Positions 10,471 to 20,426 of a stretch of DNA of 64,000 nt are shown piece by piece. The notes under the pieces are model-generated. The model made no database searches. It saw nothing but the letters and a program-made list of their open reading frames with translations, and had not been told where the DNA came from. Where the stretch lies: the NCBI GenBank assembly GCA_050948865.1, contig JBMNEQ010000004.1:62477-126476 (forward strand), read 5' to 3'. The DNA comes from Bacilli bacterium. Lineage in GTDB: Bacteria > Bacillota_I > Bacilli_A > RF39 > UBA660. Made by a program: the position numbers and the translations under genes. Within the stretch, counting starts at the first letter, position 1. The number at the start of each line of letters is the position of its first letter.

Positions 10471-12267
10471 ATGAAAAGGGAAAATATGCGAAATTTTAGT
10501 ATTATCGCTCATATTGATCATGGGAAAAGTACTTTAGCAGATCGTTTAATTGAATATACTAAAAGTGTTAGTCAAAGAAAAATGAAAAAGCAACTTTTAG
10601 ATTCGATGGATTTAGAACAAGAACGAGGTATTACGATTAAATTAAATGCTGTTCAATTAAAATATAATTTTAATCAAGAAGATTATTATTTTCATTTAAT
10701 AGATACACCAGGTCATGTTGATTTTACTTATGAAGTTTCAAGAAGTTTAGCTGCTTGTGAAGGGGCAATTTTAGTTGTTGATGCTGCTCAAGGAATAGAA
10801 GCTCAAACTTTAGCGAACGTTTATTTAGCTTTAGAAAATAATTTAACTATTATTCCTGTTATTAATAAAATTGATTTACCTAATTCTAATATTGAAAAGG
10901 TGAAAAAGGAATTAAAAGAAACATTTGACTTTCAAGAAGAAGAGATTCTTTTGGTAAGTGCTAAAACAGGATTAGGAATTGAAGATTTAATCAAAAGAAT
11001 TATTGAAATAATACCTGCTCCTCAAGGAAATAAAAATAATCCTTTACAAGCTTTAATTTTTGATAGTATTTTTGATAGTTATCGGGGAGTTATTATTTTA
11101 ATTAGAATTATTAATGGGAAGATTAATCTTGGGGATAAAATTAAATTATTAAATAGTAATGTTATTTATGAAGTAGTAGAACTAGGAATTAATAATCCGA
11201 GTGAAGTAAAAAAAGAAGAGTTAAGGGCTGGAGAAGTAGGTTTTATCTGTGCTAATATCAAGAATATAAATAAAGTTCAAGTGGGAGATACTATTGTTCA
11301 TAGTTATGATTTAAATCCAAAACCTTTACCAGGATATAAACCATTAAATCCAATGGTTTTTTGTGGATTATATCCTGTTGATTCTTCAAAATATGTTTCT
11401 TTAAAAGAAGCTTTAGAAAAATTAAAGTTAAATGATGCTTCATTAGATTTTGAAGCAGAATCATCTAATGCTTTAGGTTTTGGTTTTCGTTGTGGTTTTT
11501 TAGGCTTATTACATATGGAAATTTCTTTAGAAAGAATAGAAAGGGAATTTAATATTGATTTAATCGCTACTTCTCCTAGTGTAATTTATCAAATAAATCT
11601 TACTGATGGCAAGAAAATTAAGATTGATAATCCAACGAAATTACCTCCTCAACAAAAAATAACTTCTATTGAAGAACCATATATTAAAACCACTATTTTA
11701 GTACCAACAGAATATATTGGTCCAATCATGGAATTATGTCAAAGTAAAAGAGGTAGTTTTTTAAAGATGGATTATATTGATAAAACAAGAGTTAAAATTT
11801 ATTATAAAATTCCTTTAGGAGAAATAGTTTATGATTTTTTTGATCGTTTAAAATCATCAACTAAAGGTTATGCTTCTTTTGATTATGAAGTAATTGGTTA
11901 TGATCCTAGTAAATTAGTTAAAATGGATATTTTAATTAATGGAGAAGTTGTTGATGCCTTAAGTATGATTATTCATCAAGATTTTGTTCAATTAAAAGGT
12001 CGTTTAATTGTTGATAATTTAGAAAAATTAATTCCTCGTCAACAATTTGAAGTCCCTATTCAAGCGGTGCTTGGTTCAAAAGTTATTGCAAGAGCAACTA
12101 TTAAAGCGATGAGAAAAAATGTTTTAGCTAAATGTTATGGTGGTGATGTTTCGAGGAAAAGAAAATTATTAGAAAAACAAAAAGAAGGTAAAAAGAAGAT
12201 GAAAATGGTTGGTAAAGTAGAAATTCCTCAAGAAGCCTTTTTATCAGTTTTAAAATTAGATAATTAA
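10471..12267 (+). CDS. lepA: elongation factor 4 (translational GTPase LepA)
   Basis: [20 protein letters not shown]1 motif, DTPGHVDF, and a full EF4 C-terminal domain. Confidence 0.95.
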   Translation: MKRENMRNFSIIAHIDHGKSTLADRLIEYTKSVSQRKMKKQLLDSMDLEQERGITIKLNAVQLKYNFNQEDYYFHLIDTPGHVDFTYEVSRSLAACEGAILVVDAAQGIEAQTLANVYLALENNLTIIPVINKIDLPNSNIEKVKKELKETFDFQEEEILLVSAKTGLGIEDLIKRIIEIIPAPQGNKNNPLQALIFDSIFDSYRGVIILIRIINGKINLGDKIKLLNSNVIYEVVELGINNPSEVKKEELRAGEVGFICANIKNINKVQVGDTIVHSYDLNPKPLPGYKPLNPMVFCGLYPVDSSKYVSLKEALEKLKLNDASLDFEAESSNALGFGFRCGFLGLLHMEISLERIEREFNIDLIATSPSVIYQINLTDGKKIKIDNPTKLPPQQKITSIEEPYIKTTILVPTEYIGPIMELCQSKRGSFLKMDYIDKTRVKIYYKIPLGEIVYDFFDRLKSSTKGYASFDYEVIGYDPSKLVKMDILINGEVVDALSMIIHQDFVQLKGRLIVDNLEKLIPRQQFEVPIQAVLGSKVIARATIKAMRKNVLAKCYGGDVSRKRKLLEKQKEGKKKMKMVGKVEIPQEAFLSVLKLDN

Positions 12268-12325
12268 CAATCATATTAAGAAAACTTCTTTCATATAGTT
12301 AACTAAGAATGAAAGGAGTTTTTAT

Positions 12326-12985
12326 ATGAAACAAATTATTCCCTTTAAAAAGGATCTTTTATTTAAAACTAAAGTTAGTGAAATAACTAGTATATCTTTA
12401 GAACATACTTTAAAATTAGAGGAAACAGATTATATTAATGGGGAGTTTATTGTAAGTGGTGATTATAAAATTACTGAGGCTAGTTTAAATTTAGAGAATT
12501 ATTCTTTTAATATTCCTTTTGATATTACTTTAGATACTAAATATAAGTTAGAACAAGCCAAAGTTGATATTCATGATTTTTATTATGAAATTATAAATAA
12601 TGAAGTGCTAAGGGTTAATATTGATGTTCTCATTGAAGGAATAGAACTTTTAAATGATGTGGTTATTAAGGATGAAGAAGTGGAAGTTTTAGAAATAAAT
12701 AAAGAAGATGAAGTAGAAGAAGAACCAGAAAAAGAAGAAGTTAAAGAAGAAAGAACAGAAACTATAATTGAAACAAAAGAAGAAGTTAAATCTTTATTTG
12801 ATTCAATTAATGAATTTGATGAAACCTTTTCGACATATCGTGTTTATATTGTTCGGGAAAATGATTCTTTGGAAACCATTTTAACTAAGTATAATATTTC
12901 TAAAGAAGAATTAAGTCTTTATAATGATTTGGATAATTTAAAATTAGGAGATAAAATTATAATTCCCGCTTTAAAAAATGAATAA
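12326..12985 (+). CDS. SpoVID-like spore coat morphogenetic protein (N-terminal SpoVID-type domain, acidic linker, C-terminal LysM)
   Basis: C-terminal LysM domain (YRVYIVRENDSLETILTKYNISKEELSLYNDL). The N-terminal segment resembles the SpoVID N-domain pattern. Followed by a CotS-family gene, as in the Bacillus spoVID-ysxE operon. Confidence 0.55.
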   Translation: MKQIIPFKKDLLFKTKVSEITSISLEHTLKLEETDYINGEFIVSGDYKITEASLNLENYSFNIPFDITLDTKYKLEQAKVDIHDFYYEIINNEVLRVNIDVLIEGIELLNDVVIKDEEVEVLEINKEDEVEEEPEKEEVKEERTETIIETKEEVKSLFDSINEFDETFSTYRVYIVRENDSLETILTKYNISKEELSLYNDLDNLKLGDKIIIPALKNE

Positions 12986-13892
12986 AATAAAAGAATATTT
13001 TAAGATTAAAACCTATCATCCTAATCGTTATACTTTTAAAAAAGGAGTAAAGATAATAAATACAGATGATGGGTGTTTTGTTTTTAAAAAAAAGAAAAAT
13101 AATATTAAGGAATTATATAAGTATTTAAATTCTCGTAATTTTAACTATTATCCTAAATTAATTGATGAATTAGAGGATTATAACATCTATGAATATATAG
13201 AAGAAGTAAAAACTCCTAAAGAACAAAAGGCTCAAGATTTAATTTATTTAATATCTTTATTGCATAATAAAACGACCTATTATAAGGAAGTAGATTTAGT
13301 TTTATTTAAAGAAATTTATGAAAATATTATAAATAAATTAACTTATTTAGATAATTATTATCAAGATATTATTACGATGATTGAAAAGGATGTTTATATG
13401 AGTCCTAGTCAATATTTAGTGGCTCGTCATATTTCTTTAATTTTATCAGTGATTACATTTTGCCAAAAGGAAATAAATAACTGGTATGAATTAATTAAGG
13501 ATAAAACTAAAACTAGAGTAGTAACTTTACATAATAATTTAGAAGTTGATCATTTATTAGGAAATGAAATTAAATATTTAATTAGTTGGGAGCATTCAAC
13601 TATAGGAATGCCTATTTATGATTTTTATTTATTTTATAAAAAACAGGCTTTAGAACTTGATTTTAGTGAATTATTAAAATTATATGAAAGCAAATATCCA
13701 TTATTAGAAGAAGAAAGAAAATTATTATTTATTTTGATTTCTATTCCCGATAAAGTAAGTTTTAATGATTCAGAATATGAAAATTGTAAAAGGATAAGTA
13801 AAACAATTGAATATTTATCTAAAAATGAACTTTTAATTGCACCATATTATCAAGTAAAGGAGATAGAAAAAACAACAAATTTCCAAAAATAA
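12978..13892 (+). CDS. CotS/YsxE-family spore coat protein (phosphotransferase-like fold)
   Basis: Catalytic-loop-like LHNNLEVDHLLGNE and a downstream WEHSTIGMPIYDF motif resembling the CotS family. Overlaps the upstream LysM gene, i.e. an operon. Confidence 0.5.
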   Translation: MNKIKEYFKIKTYHPNRYTFKKGVKIINTDDGCFVFKKKKNNIKELYKYLNSRNFNYYPKLIDELEDYNIYEYIEEVKTPKEQKAQDLIYLISLLHNKTTYYKEVDLVLFKEIYENIINKLTYLDNYYQDIITMIEKDVYMSPSQYLVARHISLILSVITFCQKEINNWYELIKDKTKTRVVTLHNNLEVDHLLGNEIKYLISWEHSTIGMPIYDFYLFYKKQALELDFSELLKLYESKYPLLEEERKLLFILISIPDKVSFNDSEYENCKRISKTIEYLSKNELLIAPYYQVKEIEKTTNFQK

Positions 13893-14024
13893 GATTATGG
13901 CATTAATATGAGTCAGAATAATAATTGTTAATATTGATTGATAAATTAAAACAATTGTTACCATAAGTAAACAAAAGAGAAGTTTACCTTTTTTAGGAGT
14001 AAAGAAATTAAACCAGTTAAACAT
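13833..14024 (-). CDS. possible small hydrophobic peptide (63 aa)
   Basis: GGAGA RBS 7 nt upstream of ATG 14024, and the product is entirely hydrophobic. It overlaps the 3' end of the convergent gene, so it could be spurious. Confidence 0.2.
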   Translation of the reverse strand: MFNWFNFFTPKKGKLLFCLLMVTIVLIYQSILTIIILTHINAIILFLEICCFFYLLYLIIWCN

Positions 14025-14124
14025 AATAAAATCTCCTCTAAATAAGATATTCTAAAAAGTTAGAAAAGTTAGGGTTTATCTAGTAGTTTTTTTATTTTAA
14101 TGCTACACTATTAGTGGTGATGGT

Positions 14125-15339
14125 ATGAATTTGAAGAGGATTATAATTTCTTTTTTAATCATTATTTCTTTTACTGGTTGTTTTCCCCAAAAATCAAAAA
14201 TTATTGTAATGAAGGATTTAAGTAATTATACTAAAGAAGAGGTTATAAAATATGCGAAAGAAAATAATTTAAAATTAAAAATCAAAGAAGAATATCATGA
14301 AGAAATTAAAAAGAATTATGTTATTGAACAAAGTCTTAAAAAGAATGAGGAAATGAAATCTAAAAATTTAACAGTAATAATTTCTTTAGGTAAAACTCCT
14401 CTTGAATTATATAAACAATATCAGGTTAATGAATTAAGAAAGGTTCCTATTTTGATGTATCATGGAATTATTAATAAACTAAATGAAGAAACAAAATATC
14501 TAGGTGGTAATGTTGATAAAGATGGTTATAATCGAACTAAAGAAGCTTTTATTAATGATTTAGAATTTTATTATCAAAAGGGTTACCGGATGATAAGATT
14601 AATTGATTATATAGAAGGAAATATTTCTGTTGAACTAGGTAAAAGTCCTCTTATTTTAACTTTTGATGATGGACAAGCGAATAACATTAAAATTTTAGAA
14701 AAAGATCATGAAGGAAAATTAATAATTGATCCAAATTCAGCTGTCGGAATTATGGAAAGTTTTAAGAATAAATATCCTGACTTTAATATAACAGCTACTT
14801 TCTTTTTAAACGAGGGCTTGTTTAATCAACCTGAATATAATGAGGATATATTAAAATGGTTAGTTGATAATGGATATGATATCGGTAATCATACAAAAGA
14901 TCATCTCAATTTTAAATTTTCTACTATTTTTGAAGCTGAATATAATATTGCTTTTATGTATCAATTATTTGATAAAATAATACCTCATAAATATGTTAAT
15001 ATTTTATCTTTACCTTTTGGTTCACCTGGATCTAATACTCATTTTATTTTTGATAAGCTTCTTCAAGGAGAACATGAAGGTTATCAATATAAAAATATTT
15101 CTACCTTAAGAGAATGTTGGGAACCTGAACTTTCACCTTTTCATAAAAACTTTGATCAAACTTATCTAAAAAGAATTAGAGCTTGGGATAATAATGGAAA
15201 AGAATGTGATTTAGAAATAACCTTTCAAAACTTAGAAAAAAATCGTTATATCTCTGATGGTGATCCTAATACAATAGTTATTCCCCAAGAAGAAGCAGAA
15301 AATTTAATTGAAACAAAGAAGAAAGTTGTTAAATACTAG
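14125..15339 (+). CDS. polysaccharide deacetylase (NodB-type) lipoprotein
   Basis: Lipobox (ISFTGCF), a TFDDG NodB motif (LILTFDDGQANN) and downstream His residues. Confidence 0.75.
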   Translation: MNLKRIIISFLIIISFTGCFPQKSKIIVMKDLSNYTKEEVIKYAKENNLKLKIKEEYHEEIKKNYVIEQSLKKNEEMKSKNLTVIISLGKTPLELYKQYQVNELRKVPILMYHGIINKLNEETKYLGGNVDKDGYNRTKEAFINDLEFYYQKGYRMIRLIDYIEGNISVELGKSPLILTFDDGQANNIKILEKDHEGKLIIDPNSAVGIMESFKNKYPDFNITATFFLNEGLFNQPEYNEDILKWLVDNGYDIGNHTKDHLNFKFSTIFEAEYNIAFMYQLFDKIIPHKYVNILSLPFGSPGSNTHFIFDKLLQGEHEGYQYKNISTLRECWEPELSPFHKNFDQTYLKRIRAWDNNGKECDLEITFQNLEKNRYISDGDPNTIVIPQEEAENLIETKKKVVKY

Positions 15340-15392
15340 TAAAGTTTATTTATATTGTGTATAATAAAATTAATAAAATAGGTGGTGGTTAG

Positions 15393-15560
15393 ATGAATAA
15401 TAAGGGAGTAATTTTATCAGGATTAATTTATTCATTATTAACATTTTTTTTGCTTCTTTTAGCAAGTATTTTATTAATTTTATGGCATCGTCAATCAGCA
15501 GTTGATTTAGTAAAAGAAGAAGCAGAAAGAATACAAGGGAAAATGTTTACTGGGGGTTAA
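15393..15560 (+). CDS. small membrane protein (55 aa); not in the supplied ORF track
   Basis: GGTGGTGG RBS then ATG 15393. Single TM helix followed by a charged tail. Confidence 0.3.
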   Translation: MNNKGVILSGLIYSLLTFFLLLLASILLILWHRQSAVDLVKEEAERIQGKMFTGG

Positions 15561-15586
15561 ATAAGATTAAGAGAGGATTTGTTGAT

Positions 15587-15946
15587 ATGGAAGCATATAA
15601 TTATCAACAAAGAGTTAAAAAGAAGAAGGATAACTTAAAAGAAGAAAATGATACTATTACTATAAATAAAGAATTTGTAGTAGTTTTAGATTTTGGTAAA
15701 GAAGTAGAAGAATATAAATTTAAACTGGTTGATATTCCCCTTAAAGATAAGAAAGGATTAGAAGATGGTTTATCAATAAAAAGTCCTTTAGGTCAAGTAG
15801 TTTTTGGGAAAAAGAAAGGTGATCAGTTTCGTTATCCAATAAGAGATAAATTTAATAATAAAATTTATGCTTCAGGTATTATTAAAGATGTTTTAACTGT
15901 TAAAGAAATTAAAACTAAAACTAAAAAAAATAAAACCTTGATTTAA
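15587..15946 (+). CDS. GreA/GreB C-terminal (FKBP-like) domain protein; short GreA-family factor
   Basis: LSIKSPLGQVVFGKKKGDQF matches the GreA C-terminal motif (S/PLGxALLGKxVGD). It lacks the long N-terminal coiled coil. Confidence 0.55.
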   Translation: MEAYNYQQRVKKKKDNLKEENDTITINKEFVVVLDFGKEVEEYKFKLVDIPLKDKKGLEDGLSIKSPLGQVVFGKKKGDQFRYPIRDKFNNKIYASGIIKDVLTVKEIKTKTKKNKTLI

Positions 15947-15984
15947 TAAAGACTTTAAGATAATATATATTTTATAAATCGTTG

Positions 15985-16190
15985 ATGAAGGATAGTATTA
16001 AAATGGTTATTTTAAGAGAACTAGTGGTTGGTGAAAACTAGGAATAATGTTTTAAGAATCAACTTCGGAGTGAAACGAGGAATTAAGTATTCGTTTTCGG
16101 TTTAACCGTTATTTAAAAAAAGAGATTAGAGTGTAATTAGGATGGCACCACGGCATTTCGTTCCTAGGGAAGAGAAATGTCTTTTTTTAT
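15985..16190 (+). promoter_or_regulatory. T-box riboswitch leader controlling serS
   Basis: AGAGA box, F-box CCGTTA (16106-16111), T-box AATTAGGATGGCACCACGG (16134-16152), and a terminator hairpin plus T-run (16153-16190) competing with the antiterminator. Confidence 0.75.
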
Positions 16191-16205
16191 AGAAAGGATG
16201 ATAAA

Positions 16206-17471
16206 ATGTTAGATATTAAAAGAATTGTGGAGAACAAAGAAGAAGTAAGAAAAGCTTTATTAAAAAGGGGGTTAGAAGTAGATTTTGATCTTTTAATTAA
16301 TTTATATAATGATCGACGTCAAATATTAGTCGAAGTAGAAGAATTAAAAAGTATTAAAAATAAATTAACCAAAGAAGTGGGAATTTTAAAAAGAAAGAAA
16401 GAATCAGCTGATCATTTAATTAAAGAAATGACTAATAATAATGAAAAGATTGATGATTTGGAAAAGAAACAAAAGGATCTAGCAATAAAGATCAATGATT
16501 TTTTAATTGAACTTCCTAATACTCCTGATGATGATGTAGTTAGTGGGGGAAAAGAATTTAACGAAGTCATAAGAACTTATAAAGAAAAACCAGAGTTTAC
16601 TTTTGAGTCTAAGGATCATGTCACTTTAATTAATCAATTGGGTTTAGTTGATTTTGAAAGAGGAACAAAATTAGGAGGCTTTGGTTATTGGATTTATAAA
16701 GGAATAGGGGCTAGATTAGAATGGGCTTTAATAAATTATTTTATTGATTTTCATTTAAAAAATGGTTATGAGTTTTTACTTCCTCCTCATATTTTAAATG
16801 AAGAATGTGGATATACTGCAGGTCAATTTCCTAAATTTAAAGATGATGTTTTTAAAGTTCTAGATGGGGGATTTTTATTACCAACCGCTGAAACAGCAAT
16901 AATTAATTATCATCGAGATGAAATATTAAATATTAATGATTTACCTAAAAAATACTTTTCTTATACTCCTTGTTATCGTAAAGAAGCGGGAAGTCATCGG
17001 GCTGAAGAAAGAGGAACTGTAAGAGGGCATCAATTTAATAAAGTGGAAATGTTTGTTTATACAACTAAAGAAGATTCAGAGAAAATGTTAGAAGAATTAG
17101 TACTAAATGCTGAAAAATTAGTCCAAGGGTTAAATTTACATTATCAAGTTAGTAAATTAGCAGCTGAAGATGTCAGTGCGGGAATGGCTAAAACTTATGA
17201 TGTAGAAATATGGATTCCTAGTATGAAAGAATATAAAGAGGTGTCTAGTGTTTCTAATGCTCGTGATTATCAAACAAGAAGGGGAATGATTAGATATAAG
17301 ACTAAAGAGGGAAAAATTGAATATGCTCACGCTTTAAATGGTTCAGGTTTAGCGACATCACGTTTATTACCAGCTTTAATAGAACAAAATCAAAATGAAG
17401 ATGGAAGTATAACTATTCCTGAAGTTTTAAGACCATATTTAGGAGGAATAAGTAAAATAACGGTTAGTTAA
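16206..17471 (+). CDS. serS: seryl-tRNA synthetase
   Basis: N-terminal coiled-coil arm and class II aaRS motifs (FRKEAGSHRAEERGTVRGHQF...), preceded by a T-box leader. Confidence 0.95.
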   Translation: MLDIKRIVENKEEVRKALLKRGLEVDFDLLINLYNDRRQILVEVEELKSIKNKLTKEVGILKRKKESADHLIKEMTNNNEKIDDLEKKQKDLAIKINDFLIELPNTPDDDVVSGGKEFNEVIRTYKEKPEFTFESKDHVTLINQLGLVDFERGTKLGGFGYWIYKGIGARLEWALINYFIDFHLKNGYEFLLPPHILNEECGYTAGQFPKFKDDVFKVLDGGFLLPTAETAIINYHRDEILNINDLPKKYFSYTPCYRKEAGSHRAEERGTVRGHQFNKVEMFVYTTKEDSEKMLEELVLNAEKLVQGLNLHYQVSKLAAEDVSAGMAKTYDVEIWIPSMKEYKEVSSVSNARDYQTRRGMIRYKTKEGKIEYAHALNGSGLATSRLLPALIEQNQNEDGSITIPEVLRPYLGGISKITVS

Positions 17472-17551
17472 ACTAGTAGTTTTTTAAAAAAAAGCTGAAT
17501 ATTAATAACAACTATTATGTTTTTAAATATAATAGGATGAGGTGAAAATAA

Positions 17552-17938
17552 ATGAATTCTAGAGATTTTTTAGGAAATAATTTTAATGATTTTTTTGCTT
17601 TACCCCAAGTAGGGATGTTTGGATCAATGCGATCAGATATTTATAAAAGTGAAGAAGGTTATATTTTAGAAGTAGATATGCCTGGTTTTCTTAAAGAAGA
17701 GATAAAAATGGATTATAATAATGGTTATTTAATAGTAGAAGCTTTAAAAAATGAGACAAGAGAAATAAAAGAATATCTTCGAAGGGAACGTTTTTTAGGA
17801 CAACATAAAAGAAGTTATTATGTGGGAGAAATAGATGAATCAAAATTAAAAGCAACCTTTGAAAATGGGATTTTAAAAGTCCTTATTCCTAAAAATGATA
17901 ATGATTCTTTTTCTAAAAGAACCATTAATATCCAATAA
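17552..17938 (+). CDS. Hsp20/alpha-crystallin family small heat-shock protein
   Basis: Alpha-crystallin domain (EEGYILEVDMPGFLKEEIKMDY...GILKVLIPK). Confidence 0.85.
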   Translation: MNSRDFLGNNFNDFFALPQVGMFGSMRSDIYKSEEGYILEVDMPGFLKEEIKMDYNNGYLIVEALKNETREIKEYLRRERFLGQHKRSYYVGEIDESKLKATFENGILKVLIPKNDNDSFSKRTINIQ

Positions 17939-17960
17939 AAAACGCTCAATTGCGTTTTTT
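17937..17960 (+). terminator. rho-independent terminator after hsp20
   Basis: AACGC-tcaatt-GCGTT hairpin followed by TTTTTT. Confidence 0.7.
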
Positions 17961-18017
17961 TAGATCTTATGTTAAAATAAAATTTCTAGTAATTATTAAT
18001 TGAAAGGAGAAATCATT

Positions 18018-18242
18018 TTGTCAAAAAAGATTGAAGTAAATGACTTAGTAACAAGAAATTCTTATAATAATGATGTTATTTTTAAGGTAGTTGAGATTGA
18101 AGAAGATAATGCTACTCTTAAAGGGGTAATTGTTCGTTTATTAGCGGATAGCCCCCTTAGTGATTTAAAAAGTTATGAAAAAGATGATATTCAAAAGCAA
18201 TTAACTGATACTTTAAATAAAGTGAAAGTAAAAAGAAAATAA
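18018..18242 (+). CDS. small hypothetical protein (74 aa)
   Basis: AAAGGAG RBS 7 nt upstream of TTG 18018. Strong hairpin terminator immediately after the stop (18246-18280). Confidence 0.4.
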   Translation: MSKKIEVNDLVTRNSYNNDVIFKVVEIEEDNATLKGVIVRLLADSPLSDLKSYEKDDIQKQLTDTLNKVKVKRK

Positions 18243-18245
18243 TAA

Positions 18246-18280
18246 TTAACACTCTAGATTGGAGTGTTAATTTTTATTTT
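18246..18280 (+). terminator. rho-independent terminator
   Basis: AACACTC-loop-GAGTGTT stem followed by a T-rich tract. Confidence 0.65.
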
Positions 18281-18389
18281 AGGATATTTTGTCAAGGATT
18301 GTCAAATTTTAACAAAGTATTTATTTTTATTTAGTTAATCTTTTTATTCTAATTTTTATTATGTTATTATTATTTAAGGAGGAAAAAAG

Positions 18390-19661
18390 ATGAAAAAACT
18401 AAAAGTTTTATTAGTTGTTATTTGTTTATTATTATTTAGTGGTTGTGATTTAAAATTAGAAAATAAAAAGCCTAAGAAATTAAAACCAGAGATGAATGTT
18501 TTATCCTCAGATTTAGGTTATTTATCAGATCTAAAGATAATTAAGAAATTTAATTCAGAAGGTGCCATAAGTTTAAATAATTTTGCTTTTAATTTATATG
18601 ATCAATTATTTCAAAAGGATAAAAATGTGTTTATATCCCCTGTAAGTGTTTATTTAGCTTTAAGTATGACTTATAATGGAGCAGCTGAAAAGACTGCTTT
18701 AGAAATGGGAAATGTTTTAGAAACAGGTAATTTAAGTTTAGAAGAATTTAATGAATTAAATCGTGATTTACAATTTTTAATTTTAGGGTATAAAAATAGT
18801 AAAATTGAACTTGCTAATTCTATTTGGATAAGAGATTCTTATCAAGAAGCAGTTAAAGAAGATTTTTTAAAGCGAAATAAAATGTATTATGGAGCGATGG
18901 TTTCTAGTTTAGATTTTAATAATCAAAGAGCAGTAGAAACAATTAATAACTGGGTTAAAAAGAATACCAATAATCGAATTAAAGAAGCAATTACTGGAGA
19001 AATAGATCCTTTAACAGAAATGTTTTTAATTAATACTATTTATTTTAAGTCTGATTGGTTAAATTTATTTAAAAAAGGAAATACTAGTAAGAAAGATTTT
19101 AATACTCCTCATGGTTTAAAAAAGGTTCAAATGATGTCTAAGAATGATAAAATTGGATATGTCGAAAATGATCAATTAAAAGCAGTTTTGCTTCCTTATA
19201 AAGATCAAAAAACATCAATGTTTATTATTTTACCGGAAAACAAATTAGAAGATTTATTATTAGATTCTAATATAATTAGTGATTTAATTAAAGAAATGAA
19301 AGATAATCAAGTGGAAGTTGATTTAAGTATGCCCCGAATGAAAATAGACTATGAAATTTCATTAAAAGAATCTTTAATGAAGATGGGAATGATTGAAGCT
19401 TGGAGTAGTCAAGCAGATTTTTCTAAAATGTCTTCTCTAGCCTTAGAAAAAGGATTACATATAGATGATATAGAACATAAAACATTTCTTGAGGTAAATG
19501 AAAAAGGGACAGAAGCAGCGGGAATGACTAGTGTTCTAATGGAAGATACAGCTTTTATGGACAAAAGTTATAAAATGTATATCGATCGTCCTTTTGTTTT
19601 AGGAATAATTGATCATGAAAGCGAAGTAGTTTTATTTTTAGGTAATATTGTTGATCCTTAA
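18390..19661 (+). CDS. serpin (serine protease inhibitor) lipoprotein
   Basis: Lipobox LLFSGC. Serpin hinge/reactive-centre loop NEKGTEAAGMTSVLME and C-terminal signature YIDRPFVLGI...LFLGNIVDP. Confidence 0.85.
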   Translation: MKKLKVLLVVICLLLFSGCDLKLENKKPKKLKPEMNVLSSDLGYLSDLKIIKKFNSEGAISLNNFAFNLYDQLFQKDKNVFISPVSVYLALSMTYNGAAEKTALEMGNVLETGNLSLEEFNELNRDLQFLILGYKNSKIELANSIWIRDSYQEAVKEDFLKRNKMYYGAMVSSLDFNNQRAVETINNWVKKNTNNRIKEAITGEIDPLTEMFLINTIYFKSDWLNLFKKGNTSKKDFNTPHGLKKVQMMSKNDKIGYVENDQLKAVLLPYKDQKTSMFIILPENKLEDLLLDSNIISDLIKEMKDNQVEVDLSMPRMKIDYEISLKESLMKMGMIEAWSSQADFSKMSSLALEKGLHIDDIEHKTFLEVNEKGTEAAGMTSVLMEDTAFMDKSYKMYIDRPFVLGIIDHESEVVLFLGNIVDP

Positions 19662-19727
19662 AAATTATTTTTCTATTGTTAATTAAGAAAAAACAATATA
19701 TAATAAAGAAGAAATAGCGGTGATTTT

Positions 19728-20177
19728 ATGAATATTAATTTAGAAAAATTAATAAATAATTATTTGGAAGAATTAAAAATCGAAGAGACTATTAATTATA
19801 GTGAGGATGATTTAAAAAATACCGAAATAAAAAGATTAAGTGAAATAAAAATAAAGGGAGATATAAAATCTACTACGGAAGAATTGTATTTTTTAAATTT
19901 AAAGGTAACAGGGATGATGGTTTTACCTTGTAGTATTTCTTTAGAAGAGGTAGAGTTTCCTTTTAATTTTTATATTGAAGAAGTTTTAACAGAAAAGATG
20001 ACTGAAGAAGAAAATTATATTAAAATAATTGATAATAGTATTGATATTAAACCTTTAGTATGGCAAAATATTGTTATGGAAATTCCTTTAAAAGTTGTTA
20101 GTCCGAATATTGAAAAAAAGATTTTTCAAGGAGAGGGCTGGGAATTAATCGAGGAAGATCAAGAAAAAGGTTTTTAA
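19728..20177 (+). CDS. YceD/DUF177 family protein (precedes rpmF)
   Basis: Acidic protein whose gene sits directly upstream of L32, the conserved yceD-rpmF arrangement. Confidence 0.65.
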   Translation: MNINLEKLINNYLEELKIEETINYSEDDLKNTEIKRLSEIKIKGDIKSTTEELYFLNLKVTGMMVLPCSISLEEVEFPFNFYIEEVLTEKMTEEENYIKIIDNSIDIKPLVWQNIVMEIPLKVVSPNIEKKIFQGEGWELIEEDQEKGF

Positions 20178-20200
20178 ATAATAATGAAAGAGGTGAAAGT

Positions 20201-20389
20201 ATGGCTGTTCCAGCTAGAAGAGTGAGCAAGACAAGAAAAAGAAAACGTCGTACTCATTATAAAATAGGAGCTAGAAATATTGTAAAATGTCCCAATTGTA
20301 ATGCTTTTATTAAACCCCATCGTGTTTGTTCTAATTGTGGCTATTATAAGGGGAAAGAAGTAATTGTAAAAGAGGATAATGAAGAGTAG
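20201..20389 (+). CDS. rpmF: 50S ribosomal protein L32
   Basis: [21 protein letters not shown]... with a CPNC...CSNCG zinc ribbon. AGAGGTGA RBS. The antisense ORF 20174-20422 is an artefact. Confidence 0.9.
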   Translation: MAVPARRVSKTRKRKRRTHYKIGARNIVKCPNCNAFIKPHRVCSNCGYYKGKEVIVKEDNEE

Positions 20390-20426
20390 AAAAACTCTTC
20401 TTTTTATATTGTAAAGGAGCATGAAG

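Noticed and set aside
20174-20422. 82-aa minus-strand ORF covering the rpmF locus
   Set aside because: It is entirely antisense to a canonical L32 gene that has a proper RBS. The hydrophobic low-complexity translation is typical of AT-rich antisense frames.
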